64,000 nt of DNA from an uncultured bacterium. Lineage in GTDB: Bacteria > Fidelibacterota > Marinisomatia > Marinisomatales > UBA1611. A model generated the notes under the pieces. The model did no database searches. It saw only the letters and a program-made list of their open reading frames with translations, and was not told the origin of the DNA. Positions 38,372 through 48,111 of the stretch are shown one piece after another. Numbering within the stretch: the first letter of the stretch is position 1; every line of letters begins with the position of its first letter. Position numbers and translations under genes: made by a program. Location: assembly GCA_943788175.1 (NCBI GenBank), contig CALSPG010000007.1, forward strand, positions 96,001-160,000, given 5' to 3'.

Positions 38372-40828
38372 ATGGTCAACACAGAAAGTATAATTATGCG
38401 GAAAAATAATAATATTTTTGGTAACTCCGGGTATTTGCTAGTACTAGTTTTGTGCTACGAGTTTTTATCTGGCGGCCAACTAAATAGAACTAGTGGTCTC
38501 TACGATCTCGATGGTGATGGTCGTAAAGAGGTCCTTGTTATTAATAGCTCTGATAGAAGAGCATCATTGATCGAGTTTCAAGGTGAAGTGATAAGTGACA
38601 CTTTGTGGACCTTTATGCTACCGGTTGGAACTTACTTTACAGACGTTGCTGTATTAGACATTGATAAGAATGGGCAACCTGACTTAGTAGCAACTTCAAA
38701 AATTAATGCAGACAGTAATAATGATGGATGGTTATATGTATTTCAAGGGACACTAAGCGGTTTTTCAAATGAGCCACTTATTTCAGAATCATCTGGGCTC
38801 AAATTAAAAAATATTCGACCTCTTAACCTCTCAAAAGTTTATGGGCTGTCAAACTATCTTTCTGTGTCTTTTGGAACGCCAGTTCGAAAGACATTGATTT
38901 TTCAACCTCAAATACAAAATAATCGGTTAAATATTAAAAATCCTAAGATGCTTTCAGACCCTTTAATTCAAAATGGATATGGGCATATGTATTCTGGTGG
39001 ATTTAGTTCATACGGAGGTAATTATGTTGCACAATTTTCAGCGGAACTAAATACTTTAAAGGTCTCCGTTTTTAATTCGAATAATAATTTTAAGCATGTT
39101 AATACTGAAATTTTAAGCCTTGGTAAAGCTCGTGGTATTATTGGCGCGGAAGTACAGGCTTACAATAATTTGAAAAAAGGTGAAGAGGGCCTACTCATCC
39201 CTTTTAGAACCGGAGAGGTTAAAATTCTTAATTTTCAAAATGGTAAAATTAGTTTGGTAGACTCTGAATTTTCCCATGAAGAATTATTTTTAGAAATGGA
39301 AAACCCTAATAAATATGAGATCTTAGATTTAGTTAGCTCAAGAATTGAATCTGGATTTTACAATAAAACAATTACGAAAGATGATTACAGTCAGAATAGA
39401 AAAGATAAAAACGCTGGAATTAATAGAAAACCTATAGATGGGCCAACTTTAGTTGACTACCTTAATGAAGCTGGAATTGTTAAAAAGTCTAGATCTCAAG
39501 ATAAAGTTGACATTCCCAATCAAAGTGCAGATATGAATAGTAAAATATGGGCGGCAAAAGCTTCTGTAAAAGTAGAGCAAATAGATTCTACCTTATTATC
39601 ATTAACGGATTCTGTTTTTACAAACCCAATTCCAGATGAAGATAAAGAAATTGCTTTTCATAAGACTGTATTCGGGTCTTCTGACTCGGTTACTATTGCA
39701 GAAACTTGGGAAGACACACTACGAAACGTTTTAGTGCCTGAATCAATTAACATAACACAAGAAGATGAGGATGAAAAAAACATTGATCTTTACTATGTTA
39801 TGGCGATGACTCCATCAAAAGGGAGTCAAGACAGATATGTTTTTGATGGAGAGGCGCCATTTGGAATCAATGTAACACAAATTCCACCTATGGGTGAAGC
39901 AACACACTTTCAGCATAGTGTATCTGCAAATACGAATTTTTTACGTAGGGGTAACGATTATGACTTTGCTTATACTTTAAAAGAGCAAGTATCTGATAGT
40001 GTAACGACACTTACAATGGTTCATGATATGCAAACTAATATAATATTTATGTCGATTTCTCCTGAGGTTGATTCTATTTCTCAATCTTATCAACCAGAAG
40101 CATTTGATCCTAAATTATTTGAATTCCCTGATTATTTTTTCGAAGGGTTTCCTACTAGTTTGGGGATGGACTTTAAAGATAAACTTATAAAATTTTCATT
40201 TGATGATTCCGGAGATAGTGTTAATTATCAAGGTCTGTATTTATCCTCAACCACACCATCAACTCCATCTCAATCATTAGCTGTGTTTTTAAATGAGGGG
40301 ACACTTCAAGCAATTAGAGGTGAGGTAAAAGTTCGTGAAAATGGTTCAAAAAAAATAACTACTCAATTTGACATATCTGGATACTTACAGCCAGCAGCAA
40401 TGTTCTCCAGGCTTATTCAGGAAGAGTTTTCAGATTCGCTTAAAACAAACTTATTGCAAGGTGCTTATCTTGAAGAGCCTCTTTTTGGCCCAAATGGGAA
40501 GCTTCCGAAAGTATCTCATGAAAGAAGGCTCCCTGAGGCGCAATTTGACCAAAAAAATCCAAAAATTCCTGTAGATCCACTTAAAGGGATTTACCCTGAG
40601 GGTCAAGGAGTAACCACAAACTCTAAGGCGAAAACAGAGATTGCTGCACCCGATCCTCAAGGACCAGTTGATGTTCCAGCCTCTACAGACATAGAAACTT
40701 TATCTGATACTTTAAAAATGGAGAGTGCTAAAGTTGTACCAGATTCTCTAAACAGAATTAATATTGGCAACGACAATCTTCCTGAATCGGTAGACCCAGA
40801 CACTAATAATTCTGGAATTAAAAAATAA
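38372..40828 (+). CDS. Exported FG-GAP/VCBS-repeat protein with a long uncharacterised C-terminal region
   Basis: DLDGDGRKEVLV and DIDKNGQPDLV Ca-binding blades; hydrophobic N-terminal segment. Confidence 0.65.
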   Translation: MVNTESIIMRKNNNIFGNSGYLLVLVLCYEFLSGGQLNRTSGLYDLDGDGRKEVLVINSSDRRASLIEFQGEVISDTLWTFMLPVGTYFTDVAVLDIDKNGQPDLVATSKINADSNNDGWLYVFQGTLSGFSNEPLISESSGLKLKNIRPLNLSKVYGLSNYLSVSFGTPVRKTLIFQPQIQNNRLNIKNPKMLSDPLIQNGYGHMYSGGFSSYGGNYVAQFSAELNTLKVSVFNSNNNFKHVNTEILSLGKARGIIGAEVQAYNNLKKGEEGLLIPFRTGEVKILNFQNGKISLVDSEFSHEELFLEMENPNKYEILDLVSSRIESGFYNKTITKDDYSQNRKDKNAGINRKPIDGPTLVDYLNEAGIVKKSRSQDKVDIPNQSADMNSKIWAAKASVKVEQIDSTLLSLTDSVFTNPIPDEDKEIAFHKTVFGSSDSVTIAETWEDTLRNVLVPESINITQEDEDEKNIDLYYVMAMTPSKGSQDRYVFDGEAPFGINVTQIPPMGEATHFQHSVSANTNFLRRGNDYDFAYTLKEQVSDSVTTLTMVHDMQTNIIFMSISPEVDSISQSYQPEAFDPKLFEFPDYFFEGFPTSLGMDFKDKLIKFSFDDSGDSVNYQGLYLSSTTPSTPSQSLAVFLNEGTLQAIRGEVKVRENGSKKITTQFDISGYLQPAAMFSRLIQEEFSDSLKTNLLQGAYLEEPLFGPNGKLPKVSHERRLPEAQFDQKNPKIPVDPLKGIYPEGQGVTTNSKAKTEIAAPDPQGPVDVPASTDIETLSDTLKMESAKVVPDSLNRINIGNDNLPESVDPDTNNSGIKK

Positions 40829-40841
40829 ATATTTTTGTAAA

Positions 40842-43800
40842 ATGAATAGTACTTTTCAAAAAATAAAAAAACTAGTTCTAGTTGTTAGCTTTTTTAGTTT
40901 GACCCTTTCTCAAAAAATTGTTCATATGGATGGTTCATTTGACTTAGATGGGGACAATCTATTAGAATTTATATCATTGGAATTAAACCCTGATAAAAAT
41001 GTGTTTCCAACGATGGTTAAATACAATGAGATAGATAGGGATGGGTACCAAACAGCTATTTGGGAGTTTGATGCCCCTAAAGAATTAGATGGTTATTTTG
41101 TAGATGCAAAAATAGGTGATTTAGATGGTGACGGAATACCAGACTTAATAATCGTCATGAATCTATCTAGGTTTGGCACTAACTCTACTCCTCATGTTTT
41201 TGTAGCTGTATATAGCTGGGAGGGAGATTCATTTTCGGAGTTGCCTTCAGTCACATTAGATATTGGTAAACAGGATAGATCATTAAGGTGTAATAATTTT
41301 TCAATGTTAGACCAAGATGCCGATGGTGATCAAGAACTAGTTTTATCATTGGGAAGTCCTTACAGAGGATTTGCATTCTTAGATTTAGATAATCAAGGAA
41401 GGTTGGTAATAACAAAAAAAATTAGACCAGATGAATTACTCGTTGGCTCAGGGTTGCTGTACTCCGCAATTGTTGATTATGATAATGACGGTTATGAAGA
41501 TTTATTAGCTATTAGTCCTGAAGGCAATACAATCAAGGCGCAGCCTTTTTACAATATTGGAGGTATTTTTGATTCAGGTCCTCTGATTAGAAAAAACTTT
41601 AATGGGATCAGCGGTATTTTACATAATTCTTTTCAACTTACTGATTGGGATGCTGATGGATTTAAAGATGTATTAGCATCATTTAGATCCGGAGATATAA
41701 TTGCGCTAACTCTCACTCCAGCTACATTGGTTATTGAAAGGGTACCAGTACAACCGGGACCCTTAACCCAAATTGAAATTGCAGACTTTAACCAAGACTC
41801 TTACAAAGACTTACTAATGCTTTCAGCGGATATTAACGCTTTAACAATGGTTTCAGGCGAAGATGGTGGAATGGAAAGTATTCGAAATGTTATGTCAAAA
41901 GTGCCAGAAGAGATGCAAATATTTTCAATGTTGCCCCTCACTAAATTAGGGAAGTACACAGGAAATGTAATTGTTTCTGGATGGAATGGTAACGAAAATT
42001 CTATATATATTTTAGACTTTGGTAAAAAATCAGCAGAATATGACCAAGGGTTTTTATTAAGCACTGATTTTATTTCGGAGCAGTTACCTGATTTACTTTC
42101 TAATATCGAAGATGTTCAGCCGGAAGTACCAGAAATATACGTAGAAGTAATACCTGAGCAATTTCCTCAACTTCCTCAGCCAGAAAAAGAAGTTATTACA
42201 GAAATGGGCGAACAAAGAATTGCTAGTGTTCCAAAAGCATTGGACCCATCTGTTGTTGAAGGAGATGTCCTAAAAGAACAGCCAAAATCTGTTCCGCCTA
42301 AAAAAGTTATTCGAACTCTTGAAAGTCCTAAAAGTCTTAAAGAGGAAGAGATGATAGGGCAGCGCTTGCCTAAACATGTTTTGCCCCAATATATATTGAC
42401 ACTAAATCAGCCTTTTGAATATATGCTTTTGAGAGATACTTCAGAGTCTTTTCACAGTTTTAGATGGCAAATCTCTCCTCCAAAAGGAATGTTTTTTCAT
42501 TATGAAAGTCAAACAATTAGATGGGTGCCAAACCAAGAACAATTAGATGCTTTTCCAGTTTCTTATTTAGTTAGAGTAAAAGTTGATGAGATAATGGAAT
42601 CATTGTCCTCATCAGATAGTAAAAACCAAGAATATAAAACTGTCCCAGTATTAGAGAGCAGAGATGAACAAGTTTGGATTTACGTTAATGACCCACCGCG
42701 TTTTTTAACTCAGCCTCTTGGAACTGAATTTGTTGCTGGGGGTTCATTCCAATATGAACCAATTGTTCGAGATAGAAATAAAGATGCATCCTTACAATTC
42801 TTTTTAGAAATTGCACCTCCAGGTATGACGATAAATGACGGAGTTTTATACTGGAAATCTGATAGCATCAATGCAGAACAATATGACGTTAGATTAGTTG
42901 TCTCTGATGGGTTTGAGAGAGATGTTCAAGAATTCCAATTATCTGCAAGGTCTGGAATTAGAATATTATCGAAAGCACCCGTAATTGCAACTGTTGGCGA
43001 AAAATATGATTATGATGTTAAAGTCTGGAGGCAGAGAACTAGTCAAGAAGCTAATTATAAACTATTCTTTGGACCTAGTGGAATGAGGGTTGATAAAAAT
43101 TCTGGATTACTTACCTGGGTCCCAAATGAAACACAAATAGATACTGTTGAATACGCATTGGTCTCTACCCACGGCGTTGCTTCAGATACGCAGTTTGTAA
43201 AGGTATTTGTTAATCATCCACCTATTATTCAAGCAGCACCTGCACCAATGACAAAAGTCAATGTAGGTGCAATTTGGGATTTTGATTTAAAGGTACAAGA
43301 CCCCAACATAGGTGATAAATTAATTTATACAGCCCATGTCCTTCCAGATGGAATGCGAATGGATGCATATTCAGGACGATTACATTGGGAACCTTCTACA
43401 GCTCAAGTTGATTTTCACAAGTTGAGAATTGAAGTTTCTGATGGGTATCTTAGTAAGTTTATAGAATCAGAGTTTTTTGTGAATGCACCAATAAAGATTG
43501 TTTCTGTGCCAACGATGACAGCAACGGTTGGAGATGAGTACAGTTACAAATTAATAACTGTTGATAGGAATAAAGGAGCTTTACTTCCTTTTGATAAAGT
43601 TGTAAAAGTTGAAGATGTAAGTAACACAAAGATTTATAGTATAAACATATCTGATGATGTAGTTATTCAAAACATCGACAGATTTTTAGGAGATTGGTAT
43701 AATGCAAAAGAAGTATACTATGTGAACCCTAAATATCCTGCTGATACTTTGGTGTCAAGAGTTAACCTTAAAAGATACGTTCAAGCAGTATTTTACGAAG

Positions 43801-44717
43801 ACAATCGTTTATGGGTAATTGCTTCTACCCTTAATGGAAGAACAATTAAAATAAAAGACTTTCTTTGGGAATTTTTTCAAGGAAATAAAGGAAAACCTCC
43901 TCGCTTACTTGTAGAGAGAGTCAACCCAGTTCGTTTTACTCTTACAGAGTTTCCTGAGGGCATGGAAGTTGATGAGTCTCTAGGAGCGATAAAGTGGATA
44001 CCAAAAAAAGCTCAAACAGATATGCATAGAATATCTGTAATGGTATCAGATGGATATACTAAAGATGAACAAGTGTACGAAGTTTATTCAAATCACTTAC
44101 CAACTATTATATCAAACACTCCAAGGATGGCATTGGTTGGAGAATTATTTAAATATCAAATTAGAGTTGAAGATCTAAATGAAAGTGCTAATCTAAAATA
44201 TAGTCTTATAAAAGGTCCACATGGAATGCAACTAGATAAAAGTGGTAAACTTTTATGGGTACCTAAGGCCGCACAAATAAATTACAATGATTTTGAAGTT
44301 TCTGTTACAGATGGTTATGGAACAGATATTCAATCAGGAAAAATATTCATAAATAATCCACCTTCTATTATATCTACCCCAAAACCTGTTGGGCTAACGG
44401 GGCATACTTGGAGATATAAATTAACCACTGAAGATTTAAATGGAGACAGGGTAACGTATCGTGCTGTTAGATTACCTAAGTTTGCCAAATTCGATAGACG
44501 AACTGCTACTCTAGAATGGACACCTAGAAAAAATCAAGATGGGGTTAATGATTTTATTTTAATGGCAGTTGATGAGCATGGAGCAACAACAACACATGAT
44601 TTTCAAGTACACGTATTCTATGATCCAAGTGCAAAGCAATTAGTTAATAGCGGATGGCCTCTTATGTTGACATTTGTTGGGGTTGTGTTTGCCTGGGGTG
44701 CGGGGCAAATGAACTAA
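40842..44717 (+). CDS. Large surface protein: FG-GAP/VCBS propeller, multiple cadherin-like/putative Ig (He_PIG) domains and C-terminal anchor
   Basis: DLDGDG, DQDADGD, DYDNDG, DWDADG, DFNQD repeats; repeated N.PP.I.S.P...Y.Y...P.GM....G.L.W.P...V.VSDG units. Confidence 0.8.
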   Translation: MNSTFQKIKKLVLVVSFFSLTLSQKIVHMDGSFDLDGDNLLEFISLELNPDKNVFPTMVKYNEIDRDGYQTAIWEFDAPKELDGYFVDAKIGDLDGDGIPDLIIVMNLSRFGTNSTPHVFVAVYSWEGDSFSELPSVTLDIGKQDRSLRCNNFSMLDQDADGDQELVLSLGSPYRGFAFLDLDNQGRLVITKKIRPDELLVGSGLLYSAIVDYDNDGYEDLLAISPEGNTIKAQPFYNIGGIFDSGPLIRKNFNGISGILHNSFQLTDWDADGFKDVLASFRSGDIIALTLTPATLVIERVPVQPGPLTQIEIADFNQDSYKDLLMLSADINALTMVSGEDGGMESIRNVMSKVPEEMQIFSMLPLTKLGKYTGNVIVSGWNGNENSIYILDFGKKSAEYDQGFLLSTDFISEQLPDLLSNIEDVQPEVPEIYVEVIPEQFPQLPQPEKEVITEMGEQRIASVPKALDPSVVEGDVLKEQPKSVPPKKVIRTLESPKSLKEEEMIGQRLPKHVLPQYILTLNQPFEYMLLRDTSESFHSFRWQISPPKGMFFHYESQTIRWVPNQEQLDAFPVSYLVRVKVDEIMESLSSSDSKNQEYKTVPVLESRDEQVWIYVNDPPRFLTQPLGTEFVAGGSFQYEPIVRDRNKDASLQFFLEIAPPGMTINDGVLYWKSDSINAEQYDVRLVVSDGFERDVQEFQLSARSGIRILSKAPVIATVGEKYDYDVKVWRQRTSQEANYKLFFGPSGMRVDKNSGLLTWVPNETQIDTVEYALVSTHGVASDTQFVKVFVNHPPIIQAAPAPMTKVNVGAIWDFDLKVQDPNIGDKLIYTAHVLPDGMRMDAYSGRLHWEPSTAQVDFHKLRIEVSDGYLSKFIESEFFVNAPIKIVSVPTMTATVGDEYSYKLITVDRNKGALLPFDKVVKVEDVSNTKIYSINISDDVVIQNIDRFLGDWYNAKEVYYVNPKYPADTLVSRVNLKRYVQAVFYEDNRLWVIASTLNGRTIKIKDFLWEFFQGNKGKPPRLLVERVNPVRFTLTEFPEGMEVDESLGAIKWIPKKAQTDMHRISVMVSDGYTKDEQVYEVYSNHLPTIISNTPRMALVGELFKYQIRVEDLNESANLKYSLIKGPHGMQLDKSGKLLWVPKAAQINYNDFEVSVTDGYGTDIQSGKIFINNPPSIISTPKPVGLTGHTWRYKLTTEDLNGDRVTYRAVRLPKFAKFDRRTATLEWTPRKNQDGVNDFILMAVDEHGATTTHDFQVHVFYDPSAKQLVNSGWPLMLTFVGVVFAWGAGQMN

Positions 44718-45760
44718 TTAAAAAGACTATTAACGTATTTCTTTAATTTTTCTTCAGGAGAAAATTTTAGTACCATTTGAACAGCATAAACATCTATTGA
44801 TGTTTTAAAGCCTTTTATTTTAACCATATCTTTTTCCGTAGTAATTATGAATTTAGCTTTATTTTTAAAGGCTGACTCTTGGATTTTTTTCAAATCATAA
44901 TTCTTATATCTATGATGATCTGGATATTTTTGGTGCCCCACGATATTACATCCAATTTTACCTATTGACTTTTTAAACCCTTCATTATCACCAAGAGCTG
45001 AAAATAGATATACATCTTGAGATTCGACTTCAGATATTTTTATTTCAGCATCATTTTTATTTTTAAGTAAACTACTTAACTCAACTAGACTTTTAATTTT
45101 ATCAGTTTTAGTATTATTGAATTTTTTGAAAATGTAGTCATTTTTATCATGAATATTTGTTTTTGTAAAAACTAATAAATCTGCTCTTTTTAAATTTTTT
45201 AAGCGCTCTCTCAAAAGGCCTACTGGAATCAGTCGATGAGTCCTCAACGTATCTTTACTGTTTATAAGAACAATATCTAGATCTCTATAAAGAGAACGAT
45301 GCTGAAAACCATCATCTACAATGATAACGTCTATATTAAAATTATTAATCATTTTTAAACCAGCTTGGTATTTTGAGTTACCAACTATTATTGGAATGTC
45401 ATCTAGTTTATTTGAAAGTAGAAATGCCTCATCACCAAATTTTTCCCAAAGAAGTGGTTTAGTTTTTCCATCTGTTACAACGACAACATCTTTTGATACT
45501 CGACCGTACCCCCTACTTATAATCCCGACATTTTTGCCAATAGATTTTAAGTAATGAGCTAAAAATTCTACGGTAGGAGTCTTGCCAGAGCCACCTGTAG
45601 TTATATTCCCGACACTAATTACTTTACATGTTAAATGTTTGGGCTTAATAATACTTGTATCATACAAATAATTTCTTATTGCAGAAACCAACCCATATAA
45701 GATGGAAAAAGGGAAGATGATGATTTTGAAAAAATAATTATTAATTATTTTTTTTAACAT
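44714..45760 (-). CDS. lpxK: Tetraacyldisaccharide 4'-kinase
   Basis: VISVGNITTGGSGKTP, SRGYG, GDE, DDGFQH, YPDHH, TTEKD. Confidence 0.96.
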   Translation of the reverse strand: MLKKIINNYFFKIIIFPFSILYGLVSAIRNYLYDTSIIKPKHLTCKVISVGNITTGGSGKTPTVEFLAHYLKSIGKNVGIISRGYGRVSKDVVVVTDGKTKPLLWEKFGDEAFLLSNKLDDIPIIVGNSKYQAGLKMINNFNIDVIIVDDGFQHRSLYRDLDIVLINSKDTLRTHRLIPVGLLRERLKNLKRADLLVFTKTNIHDKNDYIFKKFNNTKTDKIKSLVELSSLLKNKNDAEIKISEVESQDVYLFSALGDNEGFKKSIGKIGCNIVGHQKYPDHHRYKNYDLKKIQESAFKNKAKFIITTEKDMVKIKGFKTSIDVYAVQMVLKFSPEEKLKKYVNSLFN

Positions 45761-46403
45761 ATTCTTTATTTTCTTTTTCTACGTCGTCCATCGCTTTAAT
45801 TAAAGAACTTTTACACAATTCAAAATCATCATCAATTTTGAATGTTATCGGCTGTCCATATTTAAGATATATTTTACCAAATGGTTTTTCTAAAAAAAAA
45901 GTGTGCCAGTTAACAAATTTCCAATTCCTTGTAGAAATTGATGAAACAGGTATAATTATGGCGCCAGTTTTTTGAGCAGCTTTAATTACACCTGCCTTGG
46001 GTATTTTTTCAGGACCCCTTGGTCCATCAGGGGTGATACCAATTAAAGTTGAAGGTTGCCGCAAAATTTTCACTATTTCAATAAATATTCTGGATCCACC
46101 TTTTGAACTAGATCCTCGAAGAATCTTCCAGCCCAATTGATTCCCCACTTTAGATATTAATTCACCGTCTCGATTTAGCCCGGCAAGGCCATAATGTTTT
46201 TTTTTTGCTAAATGCATAAATGGAGTGAGTAGTTGACCATGCCAAGTTGATATTATTACGCTTTTGTTATTGCTTAACGCTATTTCAAAATTTTCTGTTC
46301 CCCTTATGTCCCATCTATTTGTTTTATAAATAAGTAGCAACAACCATTTTGCCAAAATTGCTTGGCATGTAATTAGTAAATTATCATAATTATTCTTCAT
46401 CAA
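45741..46403 (-). CDS. DUF374 lysophospholipid acyltransferase (LpxJ-like)
   Basis: WHG, RDGELI, RGSSSKGG, ITPDGPRGP; lies between lpxB and lpxK. Confidence 0.85.
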   Translation of the reverse strand: MMKNNYDNLLITCQAILAKWLLLLIYKTNRWDIRGTENFEIALSNNKSVIISTWHGQLLTPFMHLAKKKHYGLAGLNRDGELISKVGNQLGWKILRGSSSKGGSRIFIEIVKILRQPSTLIGITPDGPRGPEKIPKAGVIKAAQKTGAIIIPVSSISTRNWKFVNWHTFFLEKPFGKIYLKYGQPITFKIDDDFELCKSSLIKAMDDVEKENKEYVKKNN

Positions 46404-47521
46404 CTTAAACCATGAATAATCATATTTGCTATCCTATCGAAAACGCCACTTGGGCCTAATTGGTCACTCAAAATTTTATAATTTTCTAAAACTATTTTTC
46501 TTTCTTTAGAATTTTTGTTGATAAAAGGCATAATATTATCAAATAAATTTTTTGGGGTCATATTACCTTGAATTAATTCTGGTACAATATTTTTTTCGGC
46601 AATCAAGTTCACTATTGAAATAAAATTTATTTTCCCAAAAAAATTAAAAAGTGTATAATTAATAAATGAGGTCTTGTAGCAAACAATTATTGGTAATCTC
46701 GCTAATGCGCATTCTAATGTAACAGTACCAGATGAGCTAATAGCCGCAGTTCCGTACTTTAATGCTGAAGAAGAGGAGCTTTCAATTTTTATAAACGTTG
46801 GCACATCGGATATTCTTATATTATCTGATTTCACAACAAGAAACTGTACGTCAGGGGTTTTATTAGTTATTAATGCAATAGTTTTCAAAAAAATAGGCCA
46901 ATGATAATCAATTTCTTGTTGTCTGCTTCCAGGAAGTAAAATTAATAAAGGGTTGTTTTTCTTAAGGCTATGTTTATTGAAAAAATCATTTTTATCATTT
47001 CCATTATATGTTTTTTCTATAAAAGGGTGTCCTAAATAAAGTGTCTTTAGCCCTTTAGAATTATACCAATTTGCTTCAAAAGGGAATATGGAGATGAATT
47101 CATTTATATGCTTTTTCATAAAATAAATTCGATTCTCCTTCCATGCCCAAGTTTGAGGCAGTATAAAATATGTAATAGGAATTCCAAGATGTTTTATCTT
47201 ATCAACTAATCTAAGGTTAAAACCTGGATAATCTATAAGTATGATTTTATCAGGTTTACTGGATATAATATGTTTGACGGTGTTGTCTAAAATCTTGAAC
47301 AAGCTCGGAAGTTTCTTTAGGACATCCGTAAAGCCCATAACTGACATCTGATTAATATGGTTACATATTTTTACCCCTGCGTTAGCCATTTTATCTCCTC
47401 CATTACCAATGCAGTTGATTTTGGGGGAAGCATTTTTTAAGGACAAAACTAGTTTTGCTGCATGAAGGTCACCTGAGGGCTCTCCGGCAGAAATAAAAAA
47501 AGTACTCATTTTATTTTTCAT
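46400..47521 (-). CDS. lpxB: Lipid-A-disaccharide synthase
   Basis: AGEPSGDLH, IDYPGFN, PQTWAW, IFPFE, GHP, LPGSR..EI, SGTVTLE, PELIQ. Confidence 0.96.
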   Translation of the reverse strand: MKNKMSTFFISAGEPSGDLHAAKLVLSLKNASPKINCIGNGGDKMANAGVKICNHINQMSVMGFTDVLKKLPSLFKILDNTVKHIISSKPDKIILIDYPGFNLRLVDKIKHLGIPITYFILPQTWAWKENRIYFMKKHINEFISIFPFEANWYNSKGLKTLYLGHPFIEKTYNGNDKNDFFNKHSLKKNNPLLILLPGSRQQEIDYHWPIFLKTIALITNKTPDVQFLVVKSDNIRISDVPTFIKIESSSSSALKYGTAAISSSGTVTLECALARLPIIVCYKTSFINYTLFNFFGKINFISIVNLIAEKNIVPELIQGNMTPKNLFDNIMPFINKNSKERKIVLENYKILSDQLGPSGVFDRIANMIIHGLS

Positions 47522-48111
47522 AAAAAATAAAAGAGAGCTACAATCTTGTTTTTGAACACGATGACAAAGAAAATAAAGAATATATTTTGCAAGGTTCGTT
47601 TTTCAGTTTTAATTGTGCTGAATATGTCTTTTGGAGTTATTCTATTTCCACTTTCCCATGGTGTTATTCTAGGTAAAAGTTTTGGCACATTTTCAGTGTA
47701 GGTTTTATATTGATTTTTAAATTTTAATCTAAGAGTTTCTTCTTCAAGAGATATAATAAAATAATATTGAACAATAAAGAATATTCCTACAAAGGAAAAA
47801 AGCTCCCACATAATTATACCTCCTCCTAATAGTGCTACTCCTAGATATATAATTATATTTCCCCAATATAATGGATTTCTTGTTTTGGAATAAGGGCCAG
47901 ATGTACACAAAAAAGGAGCTCCTACTTTTCTAGTCCTGGTTGCTCCACCTGCAAAGCGGACAGCACTTATTCGAATGATTTCACCCATAAGAATTAACCC
48001 AAAACCAATGAAAGAAAAAGGTAAATAAGGGTCGCTAAAGTATATTATTGTCAATGCGATTGGAATAGGTGTGTAGCTTCTGAATTTGAAAAATATATTT
48101 CTTATATCCAC
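47518..48111 (-). CDS. ICMT/PEMT-family membrane methyltransferase
   Basis: GE.IRI, LCTSGPYSKTRNPLYWGN, EEETL..KF..QY..Y...VP.L.PR. Confidence 0.85.
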   Translation of the reverse strand: MDIRNIFFKFRSYTPIPIALTIIYFSDPYLPFSFIGFGLILMGEIIRISAVRFAGGATRTRKVGAPFLCTSGPYSKTRNPLYWGNIIIYLGVALLGGGIIMWELFSFVGIFFIVQYYFIISLEEETLRLKFKNQYKTYTENVPKLLPRITPWESGNRITPKDIFSTIKTEKRTLQNIFFIFFVIVFKNKIVALFYFL

